From the NCBI GenBank assembly GCA_001724265.1, contig MEDY01000035.1, forward strand, positions 1 through 64,000: a DNA stretch of 64,000 bases, written 5' to 3'. The notes below the pieces were generated by a model, which was not told where the DNA came from, ran no database searches, and saw only the letters and a program-made list of their open reading frames with translations. Shown here in pieces: positions 43,806 through 55,766 of this stretch (position 1 is its first letter; each line of letters begins with the position of its first letter). This DNA is from Rhizaria sp. SCN 62-66. Its lineage: Eukaryota. Both the position numbers and the translations under genes were made by a program.

Positions 43806-44367
43806 GATGAGTGCTGTAACGCGTGAAAGTAGTCAGAGAGATAAAGATAAGCGTTGAAGACAGCTTGGGGATCGTTTGGGAAAAGTGGTGAAAGAACACG
43901 GAAAGCCAGTCAGACGAGCGGTCACTTATGCAGGTGGATGAAGGCCAAGCACGATTCGGATTCAAATAGTTTCTTGGTATCAATCAACTCAGCAAATCAC
44001 ATAGATGGAATTGCGCTGTCATTCTTAATAGACGGACTTAGTCGTGTTATCCAACGCTGTAAAGTTGACCTTCGTTGTGCGGCGGCTTGACTTCCTCCGG
44101 TCAACCTAGCCCCTCTCAAGAGGGAGCAGATTTTTTTAATGTTACATCGAATTCCGAGCGACATTGCCCGCAGAGTACACTGTTTTGCAGTGTATCTTGG
44201 CATTTCATATGTTATTTGCTCTTCATTTTAGTTAAATCCCGAGTCTGTGTGAAATAGCCTCATGCCGCCTCCTTTCTAACGCACCGTCCACAAACACGAA
44301 TCTGCTTTCCCCCCGACTTGAAATCTGACCTCGGCCACCATTTTCTCGTTTCCACCGCAGCTCTGCA

Positions 44368-46032
44368 ATGTCGGATACACCTGCTGAGCCTCCCGCGCTT
44401 GTCCCGCGGCCGTCCCTGACGCAGCGCCTGTCGGTGACACTGCGCCGCGAGCCCGCGGGTGCGGTCAAGTTCAACATCGACGGTGGCGAGGAGACTGTCA
44501 CCGTTCCTGGCGGCTCCCCCGACGCCGTGGCGCCGCTTCCGTTCGACGACGAGGCCTTCATCGCCAGCCGCAACGCGTTTCTCGCCGAAGTGCGCGAGGA
44601 CGACGACGAAGACGCTGATTCCGCTCTTACCTCGCCCGTAGCGACCATTACGAGCGCGCCTGCACCCGATGTTCGCGTGCTTCCTTGCTCCACCTCGCCG
44701 TCGTCCTCTGCGCCCGAGCCCGACGCACAGACCGACGCCGCGGCGTCCCCATGCGCTGCCGCGTCCCCCGCCTGCACATCCCCGCAGTCTGACGCCGTGC
44801 CGCCGCCGCCCCCGCCGCCGCCCGCCGCTCCCGCTGCCACTCCCACTCCCGCTCCCGCTGGTGTCAACATCGACATCGACATCGCCGCTCTGCCCTCGGC
44901 CGCTGCTTCTCCCGCGAACGACACCGACTCCAGCGCCGTCAGCCCTACTGCCACAGCTGCTGCTGCCGACTCCGCTGCCCCGTTCTCCCCGGCCTCCTTC
45001 TTCACCAACGCTGCGAGCTCAAATACTGCAGCCTCTTCCGCTGCCCGCGCCGCCGCGCTCTCCCCCACTGCCTGTGCCGTTGCCCACGCCGCCGCCATTG
45101 GCGCCCCCACTGCACCGTCCGTTCCCTCTATCCCGGGCCCGCCCGCCGCGCTGCCGCCGCCGCTGCCCACAAGCTCCGCCGCAAGCTCCGCCGCGCCGAC
45201 CCCGTCCTGCGGAAGCTCTGCCGCCAGCGCTGCCCGCGCCGGCGCGCTGGCGACTGTGACCGCGGCGGAGCAGCGCGCGGTCGGCGAGCTGCGCGTGCAC
45301 CAGGGCGCCACGTCCCACGTCGTCAAATCCGTTCACCGCACTGCGCACGTCACCTATGACCCCGAAACGGGCCGTTTCTCCGACGTGCCCCCCGAGTGGC
45401 GCGATGAGCTCGCCAAGGCCTTCGGGCTCCCGCTCGCGCTCACAGCCTCGCACGCCGTCGAGGGGTACACTGCGCGGCTCCCGCCCGTGCTGCTGCACTT
45501 GCGCGAGAGCCTCATCGCCCACGGCGGGCTCGCCACGCCCGGTGTGTTCCGCGTGGCGCCCGATAACTCCGCTGCGACAGCCGCCAAAGCCGCGCTTAAC
45601 GCGTGCGGCGGCCGTTTCCCGCCCTGTGACGACGTGCACATCGCAGCGAACCTGCTCAAGGTGTGGTTCCGCGACCTCCCCGCGCGGTTGTTCGCCCCGC
45701 TGTCGGAGACGGACATGTTGGCGTGCGCAACGCCCGACGCCGCGGGTGCGCTGCTTATGGCTCACTTCAGGGACCCGCACTTGACGCTGCTGCTGTGGCT
45801 GCTTGACCTGTGCGCGGATGTCGCTGCGCGTGCAAGTGAGAACTTGATGACGCCGCAGAACCTTGCGATTGTGTTCGCGCCCAACGTGTTCAGGATTGCG
45901 GACATTACGGACCCGACGATTGCGGCCAAGATTGACGTCATGTCGCATATGTTGCTGTGTAAGAAGCTCACGGCGTTCCTTGCGCTCGCGATTGACTGGC
46001 GCGCGAAGGATACCACGCGTCCCCGTCCCTGA
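44368..46032 (+). CDS. RhoGAP with CRIB/PBD-like motif
   Basis: VHRTAHVTYDPETGRFSDVPPEW (CRIB-like), then GGLATPGVFRVAP (Arg finger), ANLLKVWFRDLP, NLMTPQNLAIVFAPNV. Stop TGA. Confidence 0.9.
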   Translation: MSDTPAEPPALVPRPSLTQRLSVTLRREPAGAVKFNIDGGEETVTVPGGSPDAVAPLPFDDEAFIASRNAFLAEVREDDDEDADSALTSPVATITSAPAPDVRVLPCSTSPSSSAPEPDAQTDAAASPCAAASPACTSPQSDAVPPPPPPPPAAPAATPTPAPAGVNIDIDIAALPSAAASPANDTDSSAVSPTATAAAADSAAPFSPASFFTNAASSNTAASSAARAAALSPTACAVAHAAAIGAPTAPSVPSIPGPPAALPPPLPTSSAASSAAPTPSCGSSAASAARAGALATVTAAEQRAVGELRVHQGATSHVVKSVHRTAHVTYDPETGRFSDVPPEWRDELAKAFGLPLALTASHAVEGYTARLPPVLLHLRESLIAHGGLATPGVFRVAPDNSAATAAKAALNACGGRFPPCDDVHIAANLLKVWFRDLPARLFAPLSETDMLACATPDAAGALLMAHFRDPHLTLLLWLLDLCADVAARASENLMTPQNLAIVFAPNVFRIADITDPTIAAKIDVMSHMLLCKKLTAFLALAIDWRAKDTTRPRP

Positions 46033-46975
46033 GCTGCGCAACTCGACTGCGCAGTGCAGTGCAGATAAGAGCTCTATTTCCAGAACTGTGACAGCGACTT
46101 GCAGACAGTAAAGGACGGACCGACTGCGAGAGAAGGCCGGTTAGGGCAGGGCAGGGCCACGCGTCAAATGCACAATCATACGCATGCATAAAGACGCATA
46201 TTCATGCAAATTTCTGCTTACATAGACATATCGAGTCTGTGTGTGATGTGCCTAATTGTCTTCGTGCTGTTTATGTGGATAATTTAGCGCGCACTGTCTG
46301 TGAAAGATCGCAGTGACACTCTGCTTGCCATGTTGGTCGTTTTATATCACGAATACTAAGACGAATGAGACTAGTACTGTCATTTAGTATGTTTTTCTGA
46401 CGCTATATCTGCCGATTTTGTCCTTGTTTGTTTGTTTGTCTGTTGCAAATATCTGTCTGCGTCTCTCGACACTTACTAAGTTCCTGCAGTCGGACGATGA
46501 TGATGCAGTGACGCCTCTCTGCGGCTTCCTTTCTTTGTACATTTTACCCCCTCATCAACACGTGTAACGATAAAAATACACCACCCAATTGTAATGACAC
46601 TACTCACAACAATCATATCGCGTGCTATCATCTGTCCGCACACTGGCCAGGTACGCATATTAGAACAAGTGAACTGGTGTGAATTTGCTGCTGTTAGACT
46701 ATTGCATCGGTCTTGCTGCTGCCTTGCCAGGTTAATGGACATGTAATTACGTCTTTGTGAGCCTGTGAGCCTAGTAGCCTTGGCTTCGCCAGCTCCTACA
46801 CCGCCGTGTAATACATGTACATGTACCAACTTATCTGTTCATTCAATACAACAAATGAGAGAAAACAAAAGCAACTTCAATCTATGTATAGCTTTTTACA
46901 AGTGGAAAATAAAAAACAACCACAAGATGTGCCTCAATCGTACATGTACATATGTATCAGTGCATCTGTACTCGC

Positions 46976-49900
46976 TTAATCATCGTAGCCCATGAGCCCA
47001 CCGTCACTCTCCGCCTCCTCTGGCCGTACATATCCCAGCTGTTCGTCCAGACGGACAGTGAGATTGCCTGCGCCCTCAATGCCCGCAAGTATGCGCCCGC
47101 CTCCGACACCCGCACTGCCGCCGCCGCGGCCGTTGGGACCCGCAGCGCGCGCTTCGTGCTCCGAGACTGCGGTCCACTGGGGACCGTTGGGGCAGGAGCA
47201 GCCGCGCTCGGGAATGCCGGGGCCGTACTTGGTGCAACCGACGCCGCACTGGGCGCAGATAAACCACGTGGTTATGGCAGTCTTGGTCAGCAGTCTACGT
47301 GGGATCAAAATTGCGAGAAAAAAAATAACATAAAACAGAAAGTGTGATGCAAGAGACAGCAAGCAGCGTCGTGAGGCATATCATATCAAATTTCATTGTG
47401 AAATGCGAGAAGAGAACTAAAATGGACGTACTTATGGTTGTTGTTGGCGCAGAAGATGGGTTTGAATGGGACCCACTTCTTGGGCACACCACACGTTGGG
47501 TCTGTAATATGACCAAAAAAAAGTGAAAATACACATTAACAAACATGAAACAAAGCGATTGGAAAGAAAATTAGCATGAATTACATATACATATTAGATT
47601 ACAAGATGAATAGTTAAAATTATTGAAGTTACAACGATAACGTACCTGAGCACTTAAAGAGCGTGGCCGTGCCCTGCGTCTTCTGCTTAAGTTTCTCCTC
47701 GAGAGCCTCGAGCCTCTCCGCGCGCGCCAGCTGCGCATCCAGCGTCTTAAACTGTTCGCTGCGCGCCACAGCCTTGTTCGCCTCACGCGTCGCAGTGCTA
47801 TGCGCTGCCAACCGTTCTGCTGGATCGTAACCAAACCGCGCGATCGCCTCAGCGCGCGCCGCTGCAGCCTCAGCCTCTTCCGCCGTCTGCGCGCGCGACG
47901 CAGTGCCAGCGGCGGTCGCAGTCGCAGTGGATTTGTCGCCCGTGTCAGCATCGGCGTCGGCGGGACGCGCGCTCTTGCTGGCAGCGGCCGCAGCTGGCAG
48001 CGTGGGGGGCGCGCGCTTGTAGACTGAAACACCGGACACACGCGCAGTCGATCCCCCAGGCTGCAGCGAAGAATCAACGCATGCGCCAGCAGACAGCGCC
48101 GCCGTCGCGCGCGCCACGGCCGCAGCAGCAGCCTCTGGAGTGGGACCAACAACGGGGCGTTGCGCTTCGTCAAGCATAGCCGAGTAAGACGCAGCTGCCA
48201 CTGCGGACGCGCCACCGCGCGCGCCAGTTGCTGAGCCGAATAACCTGCCGCCAAAAAGCGCCTTGGAAAGCGATAGGTTCGTTGCAAGCGCAGCGGCCGC
48301 AGGCGGACTCGACGCTTTCGCTGCTGCCGACGTCGCGGCAGGAGATGCGTTTGTGGTGGCAGAGGCTGTGGCGGAGGCAGCGGCAGCGCGCTGTGCCGCG
48401 AGCTTGGCGCGCGCGGCCTCGGCGGCAGCAACCTGTGCAGGTGTGGTATCAACCTCGTTTGTCGCCACATGCGAGGCCGAGGGCGACTGTGACGCAGTTT
48501 GCAAAGCGGGCACAAAGAACCCTGTTGGTGCAGGGCGTGAGACGCCGGAGAACGACGAGCCGTACAAAGAGCGGCGCGGCGCAGTTGCGTCAGGTAACGA
48601 CGCTGAGACCGGTTGAGTGGCGGTCTGCGACTGCGACTGGGACTGGCACTGTGATTGGGAATGTGTCTGTGGTTGTGGTGTGTGCGTTTGCGACTGAGAC
48701 CGTGAGACCGCGGGCGACGCGGCAGGACTCACTGCAGTAGCGCTGCTGCCACTGCTTTCACGGTCGTGTTGACGCAGCACCGCGGCGCGCGCGGCAGCGG
48801 CTGAGGGCTGCGAGTTTGCGTGCGGCGGCAGCGTGCGCAGCCCAGGTGCCTCACTCAGAAGATCCGGCGTGCCCGCGGTCGGCGCCGCGCCCGCGACGAC
48901 GAACCGACTCAACGTGCTGTTGTCCGCGCCGGCAGTGGAGACAGTCGCAATTGTACGCATCGTCGCGGTCACGGTGCCCGTCACCGCCGCGGCGGATGCA
49001 GCACCGACCGAGTGCCGGCGGTACAGCGAGCCCGCAGACGAAGCAGAACTACTGGCAGTGCCGCTCTTTTGACTCGCGCCGGCAGTGGTGGCGGGAGCGG
49101 GGCCGAGATCTGCGAGTGTGAGCCGGCGCGGTGCTTCACCTGCCGCGCCAGTGCGTGCGGCCAAGTCAGCGGCGACTGCGCGCATGACACTTTGTGCACC
49201 GCGTGACTGCAGGCGCGCCAGAGCCAGTCCGCCAGCTACTGTCGACTCAGTAGCGGCCTGTGAAGCCGCAACAGAGACAGACGCAGGAGCTGAAGCGGTG
49301 GAGGATGAACGAGCAGGAGAAGCAGATGCCAACGATGACGACGATGATGATGAAGATGTAGTCATGGTTGGCTTCAAACTCGTTGTGTTCGCTGCAGTTG
49401 GAGGCTGCGGGCCAGCAACAGCCGCAGCGCTCGCATCCTTGTTCTCACCGCTTTCAGCTTTGCAGCTAATGCCGTGATGCATTGGCTCCCCCTGCTTGGC
49501 GGAAGCCGACGCTGTTTTGTCTGCTGTTGCTGTTGCTGTTGCAGCGGCTACAGCGGCTGCGCGCTCTTTGTCGGCGCGCACCGCAGCGGGCACCAGCGCC
49601 TGCGCAACTGCGGCAACAACGTCGAAATCAGCGAGCGCTGTGGCACGCGCCGCACGGGCCGCGCGCGAGTCACCGGCGGGCAGCTAAACGCCCGCAGCGG
49701 CTGCGTGGCGCGAAAACAGCGACGGCGCCGACGGGCCCTGCTCCAGAGCGTCGGCGGCGCCGGCGCGCTGAGCTGCGACTCGCGCGCGCGCGACCTCCGC
49801 CTGTTGCTCGACAGGCAGCTGCGTCACCAACCCACCGACACCGCCAGCAGCGGCACCAGCGTGCGATCGACTGCTGAGAGTGGCGGCGTTGCTGTCGTTG

Positions 49901-51378
49901 TCGTTGTCAGCGGCAGCGGCAGCGGTGGCGGGGGAGTTGTGGTCGTCCTCGTGTTCCGACTCCTCGTGTTCCGACTCTTCGTCTGAGCCGAAAAGCTGGT
50001 CCACGGCGGCAGCAGCGGCGTCGCGGCGGCGGGTTGCGGCGGCAGCGTCCTCCGCAATCGAAGCAGCAAGCGCGAACGCGAATTCGTCCTCGGCTGCGAC
50101 GCCCGATGCAGCGGCGCGGGCCAACGCAGCGGCGCCCGAGGCAGCTGCAGTGTTGCGGCCACCTTTCATAGTCGCGGTCGCCGCAGCGGCGCGGGCCGCC
50201 TCGGTAGGCCGCGCTGCAGACGCAGACGCAGACGATGGAGGCTGAGTCGAAACAGAGGAATTGGAGGCAGAGGTGACTGAGACGCCCGATCCAGCTCGGA
50301 AGGATCCGATGTTAACAGGCGCTGACGAAGGATTATACAGCTGCGGGCGCGCTTGCGATGCGTGTGAAAGCGCATTCTTCGTGTGCTCCAGACACATGAG
50401 CTCGCGCCTGTCCTTGTTGTTAAGCCAGACAGAGCAGCGGGAGACTGCTTCGCGGCCCCGCATAGAGCCAGTGCACTGTGACAAGTCACTCGCAGTGCCT
50501 ACCAGGAGCACTTGACGCGGGAATTTGACCGTGAGCGCATAGCCGACGCGGACAAAGTCGGGCGGCGCGTGTTGCTGGTACCCGGGCACGTGCGGCTCAC
50601 GGCGGACGACTTCGGCGCCGCCAAAGACCAGTAGCGAGCCTGTTTTGACTGAGAGCAGGGGCTCGACCGCGCCGTCGACTAGCATGACCGAGACAAGGCG
50701 GCGATCCATGTCAAACACACGCCACGTCGTGTAGGGCTTGCCGTACTGCGAGCTCTTGACGTCGCCTTTGCTGTAGAGCACGCCGAACGTCGCCCAGCCA
50801 GCCAGTGCGCGTTCAGGGCGGACTTCACTCAGAGGCACGACCGTAACACCCTTGAGCTGCGCGGCGAGCGCGTCTTCGGAAACAAGCCGCGCATGCACGC
50901 GCACGCCCGTGCTGGCGTCCACGCGCGCATCGGCGGGGGCCGCGGGGACGGAGACCACGGGCGCGGCCATCGGCGCGGTCGCGACGGCCGAAGCACCGCT
51001 GCGGAGAGTGCTGCCGCCACTGCCGCCGGAGTGCCAGTGAGGTGACAGCAGCGCGGGCGCGCGGGAGCGCTGCTTGGCGGCTGCGGCCTCGCCCAACGCC
51101 TGCACACCGCCCGTCTTCGTAGCATAGGCGTTCATCTTGTCGCGCGCAGCAACCACGCTTGCGGGCAAGGGCTTCGAAGACTTTGCAGAAGGACCTGAGC
51201 CACCGGAGGGCTTCTGGTCGGGCTCATCGTCCGCCTCGCTCATCATCACCGTCGACCGCGCGCCAAGACGCGCACCAGCCATGAAAGCAGCGGCCTTTTG
51301 TGCCGGAGTAAGATTCGCCGGCTTCCCGGCTGCAGAGACGCCCGCGCCGGAAGAGGGCGGGAGCTTGCCAGAAGACAT
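46976..51378 (-). CDS. MCM10: Replication factor MCM10, 3 exons, read through an in-frame TAG at 49684-49686
   Basis: OB-fold region WATFGVLYSK..GKPYTTWRVFD and Zn finger C(TGSMRGREAVSR)C..N..C..H before the TAG. After it, LEALEEKL and the C-terminal Zn motifs rebuilt by splicing (exons 51378-47646, 47501-47432, 47294-46976): FKCSDPTC..FCANNNH..FICAQCG..CSC..W. Stop TAA. Confidence 0.88.
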
Positions 51379-51863
51379 GCTCAGCCGTCTGGTTAAAAGT
51401 AAGGATATCGAGGCATAAACAATTTGTGGGAATACATAAAAGAATTCAATGGTAGATCTTTCAAAATATTCTTAAGAAATAACAATGATAATACTATTAA
51501 CGGACGATGCCATGCATCTTGACTGAGCGATTCACAGCTGCTGCGCCATCGTCTGCGCGCGAACCGCAGTCTCCGACCATCACCACGAAAGCGTGTCTCA
51601 AGTTGTCAGAACAGTCACGTCTTTCTCATGCTGAAAGCTGTTTTAGCTGCTCTTGTTACCTGTAAAGCTTTTGAGTAAATTATGATCGGCTTGTTTATTG
51701 ACCCGGATCCCAATCATTCACAGACTTTAGACCTACATCAACGTCGAACAATCACAACTGTCAGCTGCGGTAGTGGACATACATTTTCCTTAAAATATTA
51801 TCAAATTCCCCCGTCGCTTTGCCCTGCGCGCTGCCCGTTGCCTTCACGCTGTGCGCGCGGCTC

Positions 51864-54259
51864 TTACAACTTCTGTGGTCGGCTGGGCGTGTGCGGGCTA
51901 CCGTCTACCACTAGATCTGGTGACACGGCGCGCAGGCGGTCGATAAAGTAAGCACGCATCTCGCGCTGTGCCAACTGTTTCAGCAACAGCATTGACAGTC
52001 GCAGCACGTTGCCATCCACGTCTTTCACCATTACCCGCTGGGATTTCTTGGTACTACTACCATTAAGCTTATGAAAGACACTCCTGTTCTTCGTTTTACC
52101 CACATCTGCGCGTTTAGTGCTTACCTGAGAGATGACATGGTGCTCGACATCGTGAATCATTGACGCATACTTGCCTCCCTGAAAGAGACGATGAGCTGCT
52201 TCAAAGTCCTCTGCGCCAAACGCGCTCCCAGGTGGTGCTATGACATGTGGGAGTCCCGCGATGTCAGCCGCTTGACAAATCCACTTACTTGTACTCAGCA
52301 GGGTGGCAACAGGCACCCAACGCACGGCGACAGTCTGGCCCTTGATGGCCCAGTATGGATTTTCTGCGACGTTTTTGCTCAGCTCCGGCGACGCCATTGC
52401 GTCTGCCCGGAGTGCGCGGTGCAGCACAGGCAGTCCGCGAAGAACAGCTGGCATCGGTGGTGACTCGTGTTGCTCTCTCGCAAGTCCCTTCGCGATATAT
52501 TTCCGAAGCTGCGGTCCCGGTGGCAACTGCCTCGTTGGATGAAACAAAGTTGGTGTGCGTGGTTGCGCAGACACGCACACAGGCCACACAGTTGCAGGAA
52601 CAGCATTTTGGGATAGTTTTGCGCCCTCAACGCGCGCACGCGCCAGCGTCCGACCCAATTCGCTTACCGTCGTCTCCGCCGCCGCAATTGCGGAGGCCGA
52701 GACAAGCGCGGGCACAAGGACCGGATTGATTCCCCTTGCTTCAACTGCACCCTGAGTGCCTTCAATGGCGCCGTCTCCACCTTCCGCAGATTGATATACT
52801 GCCGACGAAAAGTCGCGGTCAATGTCGATCACGTGCGCAAGCATCTTCATGTCTTTGAGCCACACCACAGCGTGGCCCGCTGCGGCAGCCGCGGCGCGCG
52901 CGGTCGCCGCGCTTAACTCGCGCGAGCTCCACGCATGTGGAGAGAAGGGCCGTACAGGGGCGTCAGCAGCGTCGACCAGAGTGAGCATTGCATGCTCAGG
53001 AGGCAGTACCTCGTCAATGTGGGTCAGCCACTGCGCCGACGTCCTCACGCGCGACACGAGGGGCGTGCCTTGCGATTGCGCGGCAGCGGCGGTCAGACCG
53101 CTTTCAGAGTCAGACTCGCCCCCACTCTCACACTCAACCTCTACGTCTCGGAAATAGCCTTCACAGCCGTCTTCACTCTAGCTCTCGCTCTCCCCCTCAC
53201 CCTCACGTTCGCTGCCGCTCTCCTGGTCACTCTGACTTCCTGCGCCGTCGCGGTCGCCACAGTCTGTGGTCGCCGTAGTTGGAACAGTAGCGTCAGCACC
53301 GTCTGCGCTACCCCCTGCAGCAGGTCTAGGAGCGCCCTTCGCGCGCACGTACTCGCGCATCACGGCCATGCGCACCGCGTCAGACGCAGCAAACGCCGCG
53401 CCGCCCGACATCAACCCAGTTTCGCGGCGCACGTGCGGCGACAGCAGGTCCATTGCTTCAGCATTAAACTTGCGCAGGGCCGTGTACAGTGACGTTGGAT
53501 CGCTCGGGTGGCGGCTGCCGCCGGCTAGTACAGCAAACAGAGAGCTCCTCGACTTGTCTCTCTTGCTAGTTATGTCTTCGCGCGGTTCAAGTGCAACAAG
53601 TGCACATAGTCCCGCCCCAGGCAATACCGCAAGTGGAAGTACGCCCGCGCTGGCGTAGGTCACCTCTTCAACAGCTTGTGCAGCGAGAGGACGCAAGTAA
53701 CTACTGCGACACGGAAATTTCTTAGGAAGCTATACAGCAAAAGGCAGCGCATCTGGCGTAGGATTTAACGCCAGCAGACCCCCGTGATCATTTGTTGCAG
53801 TCTGCAGTGCCTAAGCCGCAGTGACGGCCGCTGCAATTGAGCTAGCCACAGGGTTTGCAACGAATAGGTTATTGTGCAGCCCGGGCGGTATTTCTCAAGC
53901 ACCGCTTGAGGGCTCAGGACAGAGTTATCAACGCTTGTGATAAAGCAGCAGCCATCATCAGACTTGCGCGTGGATCTGCTCTGCTTTTTCCGACGGCCAG
54001 AAGGTGTTCCAGGTTGGCTGGAGACTCCTGTCCGCGCCGGATGGCCTTTAGCGGCGGGGTGGTTGCTATCGCCCGATTGCAGGACCACTGCGGCGTCGCT
54101 AGCGACAACGTTCTCAGCAGGTGTTAGACCCAAAAGTTGAGCGACATGGAGATTAATCTTCTAAAGTTGGCATTTAAGACAGTTGAGGCTGCTGCTTTCA
54201 CTACACTCTGCGCAACAGCTCTGAACCACAGCAAAGCCCTTGCTCCCAGATAAAGCCAT
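51864..54259 (-). CDS. Uncharacterised protein with a degenerate Nudix-like motif; four in-frame TAGs and one apparent frameshift near 53770-53895
   Basis: ATG 54259 preceded by a splice-acceptor-like tract. TAGs at 54161, 53811, 53730, 53178 each followed by a continuing open frame. SAGVLP..LAGGSRHPSDPTSLYTALRKFNAEA resembles a Nudix box with lost Glu residues. Stop TAA 51864-51866. The 5' part is in a different frame from the rest. Confidence 0.5.
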
Positions 54260-54545
54260 AGTGATAGGAGACTATAAGCGAAGAAACTGGACGGAAGAAG
54301 CAAAACAAACATCGAAAAAATGTCAATGAATCCAAATATTGCACAATCAGCTCCTAAGACAATCCGACTAAGTCACAATACGTCACATAACTTTGCAGTT
54401 TGCCTACTTCGACCGGTAACTTTGACGAGCATATCTCAGAGATTCAGTCAAAGCTTGAGTGTTGTGTAAAATGCATTGGAAATAAAATGTCGTGAATACA
54501 ATGCTACTACAAGTAGTACCTCGTTAATGAGGTTTTCACTTCATC

Positions 54546-54599
54546 TAACACATTTTGTTTGACGAGGACCAGTTGGTCCTCGTCAAACAAAATGTGTTA
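54546..54599. repeat. Perfect 26-bp inverted repeat with 2-nt spacer
   Basis: TAACACATTTTGTTTGACGAGGACCA (54546-54571) - GT - TGGTCCTCGTCAAACAAAATGTGTTA (54574-54599), exact reverse complements. Confidence 0.97.
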
Positions 54600-55766
54600 A
54601 TTCTCTGGACTCACGTCACCACGACGAGAGAGGTTCACAAAAAATCGACGCAATCAACTGAGAACCGGTTGATAACATCAAGAATTAGCCATAGAAATGC
54701 AGTTTTATGACAAATAATATAGTCGTCAGTATGAAAATAAGTTTAGTTTTGACAAAGGCTTTTGCTCTAACCCTAATAACCATCATATTGTATAACTGTT
54801 CAGCCATATACTACACTTTGATGAGTGTCTGTGCTACTTTAAGTCATCATGTGCGAAAATAATTTTTATTATGGAGTTCGTTTGCTATACTGTGACAGAA
54901 ATGTAACTTTTTTGTCTCGATCGTAAAAAGTCCTGGAGTAACTGACTTATAAACTCGATAGTGCGTCGATAGGCGGCTTAAAGATGAGAAAAAGCGTGGC
55001 ATACAAGGTGAAATTCGTCATACAATTGCATATTGGTTGGTGTATTATACAAGCATAACCCATGTGTTCAAGCGCTGATATTGCAATTTTTTGAAGAGAA
55101 ACCAAGATATAGGCGCACGAATCACGCCCACTTGTATGCGCAACGCAACTCTGGTCACGTGTGAAGTTTGAAGTAGATATCTCTGCGTAAACAAAGATTT
55201 GTGAAGTCAATTTTGAATGGAAGATGCTTTATTAATCACTAGATTTGAATCCTGATTTATAGTTGATATGTCTTTTTGACAGACTTGAAAATCATTTTAG
55301 GCGATAAAAAATCGGATCGTCAGAAATCAGAAAGAGTTCCGCGGTCATCACAGCCACCAGAAGTTTCACCATGCGACGTGACCTGTGGCAGTGTGGCTGG
55401 AGAGGCGGGCTGTTTACAAGTGCACGGCATAAAATTCATCGTGAAGTAGGAAACTACGAAGATTCTACGAACATTCAAGAGATATTCAACACAGATATAT
55501 TTGTACACGTGCGCCTTCTGCCTTCTGTTATGAACATGTATCAGGCAAAGTTGACGAGATGGGAAGGGAGGCTGGCCGTTGCGTTCGGCTTGCTTCTTCC
55601 CGGGGGAATGGGAAAGACCCGCGTCGCGTTTATTTGGAACTGTGTTATAACTTGAAGAAACTGCTTGAACACGTGTTTTTACATTGTATTTATTGCACCT
55701 TACTCACCCTGCCAACCAAAAACATATTTTTCCCGCGCCCTCGCACCGCAGACCAGACCTCTCTCG

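Noticed and set aside
46976-47362. Stand-alone 128-aa Cys-rich ORF with hydrophobic N-terminus
   Set aside because: It is the last MCM10 exon; the apparent signal peptide is translated intron pyrimidine tract.
9057-51378. RAB3GAP2 and MCM10 as pseudogenes or split genes
   Set aside because: All lesions are TAG, with no frameshifts or TAA/TGA, and downstream domains and introns are intact.
1549-53180. In-frame TAGs as acceptors of tiny or cryptic introns
   Set aside because: Real introns here are AT-rich, 115-215 nt and start GTNCGT. The TAG sites lack such donors and pyrimidine tracts. Only 1549-1566 offers a short frame-preserving GT..AG, and the GTAAGT near 11650 lies downstream of its TAG.
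1564-54163. Pyrrolysine-type UAG recoding
   Set aside because: Eukaryotic context, no pyl genes seen, and the sites are in non-catalytic linkers.
54767-54781. Telomere-like CTAACCCTAATAACC
   Set aside because: Fewer than two full units.
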